DNA of 64,000 bases, taken from the NCBI GenBank assembly GCA_963693365.1, contig CAVNZM010000016.1:1681538-1745537 (forward strand). Reading direction: 5' to 3'. Positions 30,248 through 64,000 of this stretch are shown here, piece after piece. Position numbers and translations under genes: made by a program. The notes below the pieces were generated by a model, which was not told where the DNA came from, made no database searches, and saw only the letters and a program-made list of their open reading frames with translations. This stretch comes from Amoebidium appalachense. Its lineage: Eukaryota; Protista; Ichthyosporea. Each line of letters opens with the position of its first letter. Positions within the stretch are counted from its first letter, which is position 1.

Positions 30248-32401
30248 GGTGCCTTTGTGTGGTGTGGTTGGCATAAGCGATGAGTGCCGGAGAAATGCTT
30301 TTGACACGCACAAAATTTTCGGCAAAATTTAGTGTTATGTGGTAGAAATTATTCAACGCACGCTTACAGAGTTGGTTTTAAACAAATTATAATGTAAAGC
30401 ATAATTATAATGTAAAGCATCAAAGATGCAGCGGTAGTGTAACGTATGAAAAGCTTGGGAAATGAGGTTGACGGTTGGAGCGACTATTATGTTTCGCTGA
30501 TGTTTCATTTTCAGTTTGTGAGGGAGTCTCGTTACCGCCTGGTTCGAGCCGTTTGTCTCCTTATACCAGTTTATCCATGAAAATCGAAATCCGGTTTTCT
30601 TACAAAATCAGAATAATCAAAACAGAGACTTATACTGCTCTTTATTTTGGTATATATTTCAAAAAACACAAATCACTACCTCCAAAGGTTAAATTTAATA
30701 TGTGTTTGAGTTTATTGGAGCTATATGTGTTCATAAAGTGTTAGAAAAAAAATAATGCAAATCTATGTATTTATTCATGTTGAAATTCTGCATCTCTGTT
30801 TCACTCAGGAGTCACGGCTATTGCCGCTATGTCGCATGCGCGATTGGCTAGTTCAAGCGATGTAAATATAACTGAAAATCAACTGCTCAAGTAACAGATC
30901 CATACGGATCCATACAGCAGAGCTTTTGGTTTTCGTAACAAATTTTTGTACAAATCTTTTGCAGAAACAAAAATATAAGCTCTATTAGGGAAGTGGTTTT
31001 ATTGTTGTGGTTATATTGTGGATAGAGTTGAGCTCTTCAATCTTCCGGCCTCCGATATATATCGGTCTCACCGCCGGTAATTATAAAACGTACCGCGCTG
31101 AAAGAGTACATGTGTATAGGTATTATTTGTATCACACGAGCATAAAAAGATCATTAATATATGTTGGCATAAATATCCGACCCTATGTGTATATCCAGAC
31201 CCGGGCCACCGAGCGCCGTGGCACAAGTTACAACTGAGAGTCAATAAACGAATCTGCCGGCTGGTAAGACCGTGCCAGTGACTTTCAACCAACCGGAGGT
31301 CGCCACCGCTCCCAACTACAATAACCCCAGTGGTAAAAGATGGGTAACTTATAAGTACACCCAACTTTGAGGCGCTCAGCTTTTTTTTCCCCGGCACGCG
31401 ACGGACCACTTCTGTTAGTAAAAAAGTTGCTTTTCACAGTGAAGAGCGCGCACATATAATTTTTGCGGTGTTTATGTTTGTTTTATTAATGTTTACTATA
31501 AGCGATCATCAAGGGGTAACGTGATCTAAACTAAGTTACCCATCTCGCAACTAGGTTACCCATCACATTAGAGATTTTGGGCGGCGGCGGCGCCTTGGCA
31601 GCTGCGGATCCAGGGAGGCCAAAAAGCTGCCCGCGGAAGGGGAAAAAGGTGTCGCATTGCATAATTTATTTTATACAATACCATATTCTCTTATTGCGCC
31701 TTAGTAATATATGTATTTTCTGTGCTCATAGAAATTTTCAGCTCTCTACGAAAATTTCAACTGTATAAATTTGTTGTTCTTTGCCGAGAGAACATGGGTA
31801 ATTTAGTAAGTTTCCCATACTAGGATTGAGCAATAAAGGGTTTACACACTTTTTATTGCGTGGACACTGCCGGAGGCCCAGCCACATTCGATTTCACGGG
31901 ATAGGAGATGGGTCCGTGGTATGACACCCTCCCGACGCCGGGGATAAGGGAGGCCCAGGCCACAGCCTGCACTAAGGGCCCCTCTCACATGCAAGTTTTT
32001 TCAACCGTTTTTGCCAAGCCGCGTTGGCCCGTCCAAAAAAACGGCAAGTGAACAGCCTTCTAAGAATATCGACCTTATTGGGACCTGCCACTATTGCACG
32101 GATGGGTGCGGGTACGCGTACAGACCGCGGCATGCCCGTGCGGTTCACAGTACTTTATAATATTAATGAAGCATGGACAACCTGCATGCATCCAGACGAC
32201 AATGACTTGCAAATGGTGCAGTATCATATGAACATGGCCTGTCGCCCCGGTGGTCATTGACATAGGTTATGCACACACCATAGGTTTTTGGACTAAGCTT
32301 GAGCTGTACAATTGTGTAGCTTTGCCGAATGTAGAATGTGCTCATCGCTTCTGCAATGGGACATGTAGCTAGAGCGTGTGCGTGTGTGTGGGTGGGTGGG
32401 G

Positions 32402-32433
<32 letters not shown>

Positions 32434-32833
32434 AGGGGGGTGAATTAAGGTAAATAGCTGCAAATAATACGTTAAGTTAGTTGTCACAGGTATACAGCCG
32501 GAGGCTGGCGATCGATGGGCGAGTTCCCTTTCTCTCTCCCCAACCCCACCCCCCACCCCACCCCATCCCTTCCGGAGTCCCTGGGCCGTGAGCCCTGCAG
32601 CCGCAGGGTCTCCCCCCTTTTCGAGCACATGTCTACCCTACACATCCTACCCGCCTCCCCCCCCCCCCCCCCCCCCCCCCCTTCTCCGCCGGCGCCCCCA
32701 ATTAATAACCCTCTCATGGCCCCACACCGTTTTAATCACGTCGTATGAGTCTGCGAGGCAAGTGGAGATTCTGGAATGAACTGCTGTGCATATGCATGTG
32801 CAGTGCCGGGGGGGGGGGGGGGGGGGGGGGGGG

Positions 32834-32865
<32 letters not shown>

Positions 32866-33150
32866 ATCATGGTTACGTCACAATATGTAGTAGTCACGTA
32901 ATACCACTGTGACTTACTGTTACAACCCCCCTCCCCCCCCCCCCCCCCCCCCCCCTCCGGGAGCAACCCACACCATGAATCGAAGAGTCCTCCCCTCCTC
33001 CCCCTTCCCCTACACCCCCCCTTCAAGGCCCCCCTGGGCTGACGCATCACGCCCTGCCCTCGCTCCCCCCTCCCCTCCCCCCTCTTCTCCTCAGCGGCCT
33101 TGGGCACCCCCCCCCCCCCCCCCCTCCCCCGGGCACTCCCCTCAAACATG

Positions 33151-33506
33151 CAGATGCCGCCCACCATGAAGAATACCCGTCAATAAAAATACGCTAGCGG
33201 CCAAGTCGCCTTTTTTCTTAAGAATATGCACTGCGGCCATTTTTGGGGATGTTCTTAATGGCAGACTGGCCGATAAATCATGCTGGATCATGCATCCGCA
33301 TGCTCCCCCCACCCGGCCCCCTCCCCCCCCAACCCCCACTCCCCTGGCACCACACACACCCCCCCGAATGCCCCCCCCCCCCCCCCCCCCCCCGGAGTCC
33401 CGTGCACGTGCCATTAAGAATATGATAGCGGCCGCCCGAAAAGTTTAAGAATATGCACCGCAACCACGTTTTATTTGAGGGGGTTCTTCATGGCGGACGG
33501 TATCTG
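33151..33506. mobile_element. Non-autonomous DNA transposon (MITE), Tc1/mariner-pogo-like
   Basis: Imperfect ~38-bp terminal inverted repeats (CAGATGCCGCCCACCATGAAGAATACCCGTCAATAAAA vs reverse complement CAGATACCGTCCGCCATGAAGAACCCCCTCAAATAAAA). CAG...CTG ends, TA on the right and TG on the left, internal TTAAGAATAT repeats, no ORF. Confidence 0.75.
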
Positions 33507-34405
33507 TACAGTACATATGATATCGATTTCCGAGTATCTTTACGGTATTATTCCGTTCGCTTGATTAAGCACCTGCTACAGGTGGGTTACAGTAACTCAG
33601 CGAGAAGATGATGATTTTTTTAATCTCCTCGGGTGCATAGGGCAAAGGGCCAACACCATTAGTACCAGGCGGACCAGAGCCCTTTTCTGAAGAAAAATGA
33701 TTTTTACGTGACAAGGCTTGTAACCCAGGGAGAATATCCTTCGTTGGCTATCCTATTGCACCGTGTAAATGGCATGAACAAAGCCTGGCGGTCGAGGCCT
33801 TTTAGTAGCACACCGCGGCCACACCATTCATGGGCATGCAAGGGCTTTTTTATTTAAAACCTCGAGTGCTCCCTTCACGACCTTGCCCCCCGTCAGCTTA
33901 ATCATATTGAATCACTCTACTAGTATCAGATTCAAGTAACTAGAAAGTACTTTTGTGCTCGTGGCCACATACCAAATGATGAAGGCATGAACCGGCGGCA
34001 GCAACCACAATAGCCTTGTAACCTATTTTTTAGTTTTTTTAATTTTTCTTTTGCTGTATATCAGAGCATTATTGCTAACCAGAAGAGCCTACGATAATAT
34101 ATGGCATAAAATCATGATATATATTCGTAAACAGTTCTACGAGAATGGGAGCATGCATGCGCACATGTGCCCAAGCAAACAAATACACACGCGCGCCCAC
34201 GATCGCATGCTAAAATACACTGTTACACACACCATCACACCCACCGCCCTTAATTCACACACCGTCACGTGCATTAACACACACTATTGAGTCATAACTA
34301 TTACTGGTCTAGGCCCTTATAGTCCTATTTTTCCGATTCGCCGGTACACGTGTGCTTAGCCTACATTTTCCGTGCCTTGATACTTCTTTCCTTGCATCAA
34401 CTTGA

Positions 34406-34454
<49 letters not shown>

Positions 34455-34542
34455 ACCGGCCCCGACGTCGACACTGGTCCGACGGCCATGGCATCTGGAT
34501 CCGACCACGTAGATGTCGAGGATCCCCTCAGTTTTACCCCCC

Positions 34543-34578
<36 letters not shown>

Positions 34579-36283
34579 CCCCCCACACACACACACACAC
34601 GTACATGCACAAATCCACCCAACGACCATATACGAATTCCAGCTGCATGCTCCCCGTCCGCTGGTACCTAGCTAGGCGCACGAGGGCATGTCACGTGAGC
34701 AGTGTTGAGTACGGGACTGGCAGGTGCTTGCACCGTGATGATCATGAACATTTGCAACTTCGTAGTTTATTGTGGCCGTACTGTCAGTGACACGTGTGTG
34801 CTTTACGACTAGTTGCACACTATATGAGCTAAAATAGCCTAATGGTCGTGATCACATGAGAGACTGTTTGTAACAGCGTGTACTTGTGCGGGTTTGTGCG
34901 CGCGCCGCAAGTAAGTGTGTGTGTGCATGTATGTGCATTTGAATTTGTGTGCAGCGTGTTTGTGTGTGTGTGTACATCTGTGACTGACACTGTGTGTGTG
35001 TGTGCTTTTATTGGTGGTACCGATGGTAACAATGGTAATCGTGGGGAAGGGAGGGGGAGGGGGGGGAGATGGGTAACATTGCACCACGGCATGGGTTTCA
35101 GGTCCTGTATACGTACACATGCTAGAGTACGTTTGACGTTTGTGAGCTAGATCATAGAGGTGAGTCTTTTTAATTATTTGCTGAGGTGCAGGTTTCCGGG
35201 CGGGCAAACGCATTTTAGTAGGCAACCTTAGGGGTCGAATATTCGACATACATCGATAAAGTATTTAAGAGTGCATGCTTGCGCCAAAAATTGAAGTAAT
35301 ATTAGATCACTATATTAAAAAACACATCATACACATCACAAATTTCTCATTGCATTCTAAAACAGCTCTTGCAAGGAACAGAACCCCTCTTTACTCGTCG
35401 ATCACAGAGCCAACCACCCCGTAAAAACACACCCTATTTAATATAAAACCGACAACCAACCTTTTAATTTGGTACGTATCACAAATAACAATGTCATCCT
35501 TACATAGAACTTCTTGCTAAAACCAAATAACACCGGAATAAAGACAGCCAATCATATGGCGACGGGACTGTTGGGGATTTGTAGCAAAATTGCACAAGCT
35601 ATTATATGTGTACATAAGAGTGATAAAAAGGTACATATAGCTGAATGAGCCAATACATACGCATGGCAAAGCTAAGAGCTAACAAAAAGCAGACAAACTA
35701 GCAAAAAACAAAGCAAAGGTTGTTCTCATTCAAGGAGAGTGACACCATATAATAAGCAAGTCTAGGAGAGAAAACAAATGCAACATCTACATATGACAGC
35801 AAACAAAATAAAAGATGAACCAATCTTAAAAACTACAACGATAACAAACAATAATGAGAATGTGTACGTGCTATGATAACCGGAATGTATAAGAAATTGC
35901 ACACTTGCATATCCATATGATGCCCGTAAACCTGTATGTACTGTTTACACGGCCTCTATCTCATTCTTTATGTATGTATGCCCGTGCATGCCTTCGTAGC
36001 TCCAACATGTGTGTGTTTTGGGCTCTGACATAATATGCACTATGATCAGGTCAGTAGGTGCTTCTTTTGTCGCCTTGCCATTTTATCTTCATCATAATTC
36101 AATGGTCAACACAGCACAGACAGCATAAACATGACAGCACAAACAGGAAGATCTCATGCTTGCTAATGTTTCTTCAACTGGTGTGAAGTGCATTCTTTCT
36201 TACCATTTCGTCGGATATAAGTTCACTACTATCCCAATTTTCAGTACGCATATATGGTTTGTCTGCAGCATGTAGATATACCG

Positions 36284-61279
<24,996 letters not shown>

Positions 61280-62188
61280 GTTTGCCGACACCCAACTTTT
61301 AGCTGACGTATATACCACAAATTTCCAGGGGTTTACCCTTGTTCCTTGGCTTATGTTGCTATACAAACGGTTTCGGGCAAAATATTATCCAAACTAGGTG
61401 TGATCGATCCCTCTGTTGCTGTGGTTAGATGCTGGTGCTGCTGGTGAGAGCCAAGAATATTACGAGAATTAAGAGAATTACGACTCTTAACCTCTTTATG
61501 ACAAATGAAACTTTTTCCAACTCTTTGTTACCCACTATTTGACTCGTTAAAGTAGTTTGGTCCCAAGTATAAACCTCTTGCAACCCAGATTCTCACCGAA
61601 CCATCACCGCTCTGCGATTCTATGTACGTACTTCCGCTGGTGACACTAAAAAATCGCAAGTCGCAACCCGGCCCCGGTTGGCTATCTGCGCCATGATAAA
61701 AAGTGTGTAAACCTGACGTTATAATGATTCCGATTTTAGATCCCTCGAATCTGTAACAAAAACCTCGTCGAGGGAAACTTTGAAACTACAAAGATAGGAA
61801 CTTATATGCTTACATTTGTCTTGCATTTAATTTCAAATAATAGCTTTGTGTTGTTTTCTTTTGCTTTCGACTGGTGGTTGATTCAGCAACTGAGTGGTTT
61901 ACTGCCAACTGACTCATGCAGCTGCGCAGGGCCGCGAGCCTCGCGCAGACCACATTGATCAATATATTTCCGGTGGGTAGCGTAGTACACTAGGGGTTTA
62001 CGCTGTTTACTCGAGGCAAAGAGAACCAGTCTCAGGTATGGGGGGGGGGGGTTTTGCTCGGAATATCCCCTCAGCGGTATATCATGATCACGTACATAGA
62101 TGTCGGGTGGTGACTATATATCAGGGTTTACTTTCTCTACGAGACACCATAAAGACTACAAGGAGAAATCAATTAGTTGGGGTTCCCC

Positions 62189-62189
<1 letters not shown>

Positions 62190-62255
<66 letters not shown>

Positions 62256-62287
62256 GGGCTCCCCTCGGGACACTCGGTATCAGCTGG

Positions 62288-62338
<51 letters not shown>

Positions 62339-64000
62339 TGTGTGTGTGTGCGCGTGCGCTATAATTTTGTAGTGATGTGTTTCTCAAGCCAATCAATACA
62401 TCTAATAAACAGGTCGTAGTTACGCGTGTTTAGTATAAAATCAAGGATGTTGTAATTTACAGGTAGGCTATCTTTCTGGGTGTCTGTTGTGAATGTGACG
62501 TGTGTGTGTTGCGGTATTATGTGGTCTATCAAACTACATTTGGCGATACATGACCGGTTAAACTGGTGTGTGTGTGTGTTGTTTGGGCATGCAAATGATG
62601 CCACCTTATACTTATTAGATCTCCACTGTATAGCACGTGTACAGTAAAAGCGTGGTAATTGATCAATAATACCATCAGCTAGAGAAAGACCAGTTCTACA
62701 GGAAGGTAATATGTATTTAGGTGTTATACACTTGCGAGTGCCATATTTGGCAATATGGTTGAGGCGGTCAGTATATATAAAACGAGACATAAGGCTTAGT
62801 TTTTCAAGGTGTATGCTTTCATCGGGTCTAGTGTCGTGTGGTATCTTTTTCCATTTGTTATATTGCGTGATTATCTTGTGATTGTGTACATGTTTAATAA
62901 GTAAGTGGCAGTCCAAAGTCACACACACACTATTGCGGGGTTTATTTGTATTTGTGCCCAGGGGAGAAGGGGAGAGAGAGGGGAGGAAAGAGGGGAGAGG
63001 TGAGGAGGGGACAGGTCGGATAGAGAAGAGAGGGTGGGAGGGCAAATACTTCTTTAAGCGGCTTATGTGCTTATTGAATTTCAGCGCGAGATAGGATACT
63101 CTAGCAGCTATTGGGACCAGACCATATATCGAGAGCGTTACAGGCCCAGGTTTACAACAGTTGTTAGATAGAAAGGAGGCAACTTCTGCTTCAAGGAAAT
63201 TTGCCAAGGGTTTAAGCGCTCTAGTTCTCTCTTTCTTGATCCAAGCGGCGAGAAGGGGTAAACCATATTCACATGCCGGGAAGACAAAAGTGCGAATAAA
63301 TGTAAGTCTAATAGAAGGATGGAGGGGTGTGTCTTTAAAAATATTAGCCGAGAAGAAAGCTAACCGCTTACGAGCCAACTCTACCCTCTTTTCGACCATA
63401 TGGGGAAACATAACACCAACAGAATCAACCGGAACACCAAGATATTTGTATTCTGGAACTATAGGTACAGGTTTAGATGATAATGTAAATGTGTGTAAAT
63501 TGTTAGCTATATCAGGTACAAGAACACCACATTTGTCTATGTTAAGGATCATAAGGTTTGCCTTGCACCACTCTGACACTACATCGAACAATCTTTGCAG
63601 GCGTCTAGGGGTACGGGCAAGGAGGGACAGATCATCAGCATAGAGAAGTGCAGGCGGAAAGTTATTAATAGGGTCATCGTTTTCGGCGTAAATCTTGACA
63701 GCCAAATCATCTATAAATAGGTTAAACAAAAAGGGGCTAAGCAATGAACCCTGCAAGAGACCTCTAGTACGAGCAAAACCATATGAAAGATGCCCATTAA
63801 CCACAGCTCTACCATAGGTTTGAGACAAGAGTGCTTCTAACAGAACACCAATGCAGTGTGGTACACCCCGTGCAGCAAGCTTTTCCCATAGGAGACCAGG
63901 GGAGACAGAATCGTAAGCAGTTTTCCAATCAATAAAGCCAACATATTGTGCACCAACTTGCATAGAATCGTGCAGTGCCATTATTTGAACATAACATGAA
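62190..64000 (-). mobile_element. 3' portion of a non-LTR retrotransposon (LINE), cut by the window edge
   Basis: RT ORF, short 3'UTR containing (CA)n, then a 62-nt poly(A) tail (T run at 62190-62251). Confidence 0.92.
62359..63999 (-). CDS. Non-LTR retrotransposon reverse transcriptase (partial; frame is open to the window edge)
   Basis: Intronless, >540 aa, with FIDWKTAYDSV, GLLQGSLLSPFLFNLFIDDL, LYADDL, LNIDKC, YKYLG and a C-terminal Cys/His cluster (CPNNTHTHQFNRSCIAKC). Confidence 0.95.
   Translation of the reverse strand, partial: SCYVQIMALHDSMQVGAQYVGFIDWKTAYDSVSPGLLWEKLAARGVPHCIGVLLEALLSQTYGRAVVNGHLSYGFARTRGLLQGSLLSPFLFNLFIDDLAVKIYAENDDPINNFPPALLYADDLSLLARTPRRLQRLFDVVSEWCKANLMILNIDKCGVLVPDIANNLHTFTLSSKPVPIVPEYKYLGVPVDSVGVMFPHMVEKRVELARKRLAFFSANIFKDTPLHPSIRLTFIRTFVFPACEYGLPLLAAWIKKERTRALKPLANFLEAEVASFLSNNCCKPGPVTLSIYGLVPIAARVSYLALKFNKHISRLKKYLPSHPLFSIRPVPSSPLPSFLPSLSPSPLGTNTNKPRNSVCVTLDCHLLIKHVHNHKIITQYNKWKKIPHDTRPDESIHLEKLSLMSRFIYTDRLNHIAKYGTRKCITPKYILPSCRTGLSLADGIIDQLPRFYCTRAIQWRSNKYKVASFACPNNTHTHQFNRSCIAKCSLIDHIIPQHTHVTFTTDTQKDSLPVNYNILDFILNTRNYDLFIRCIDWLEKHITTKL

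Noticed and set aside
33600-33890. GC-balanced segment that might be a structured ncRNA or an exon
   Set aside because: I could not match snRNA, SRP, RNase P/MRP or tRNA signatures, and no consistent gene model emerged.
62882-63643. Plus-strand ORFs of 70 and 160 aa
   Set aside because: Antisense shadows of the retrotransposon RT frame.

Overview
Intron-rich eukaryotic genomic DNA, full of poly-C/poly-G runs and (CA)n/(GT)n microsatellites. Nearly all ORFs in the supplied track are low-complexity artefacts, so genes were rebuilt by hand from splice signals and reading-frame phase. In order, the window contains: (1) the 3' end of an unknown plus-strand gene; (2) a probably degenerate gene or transposase remnant with a Cys-rich CXC-like domain; (3) a head-to-head mitochondrial chaperonin pair, HSP10 (minus, 5 exons) and HSP60 (plus, 10 coding exons); (4) a 10-exon minus-strand gene for a Tau/MAP2/MAP4-like protein with KXGS microtubule-binding repeats; (5) a Tc1/mariner-type MITE; (6) a ~25 kb, 27-exon minus-strand gene whose exons join in frame to give an N-terminal pseudokinase, three C1 domains and a diacylglycerol kinase; (7) the 3' part of a non-LTR retrotransposon with a poly(A) tail. 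Introns carry a dispersed ~110-150 bp repeat that is always sense to its host gene, ends in a C-tract and contains hammerhead-like half motifs. Many 3' splice sites are preceded by (CA)n instead of a pyrimidine tract. The organism cannot be identified from the window; a non-animal holozoan/opisthokont is my inference only.
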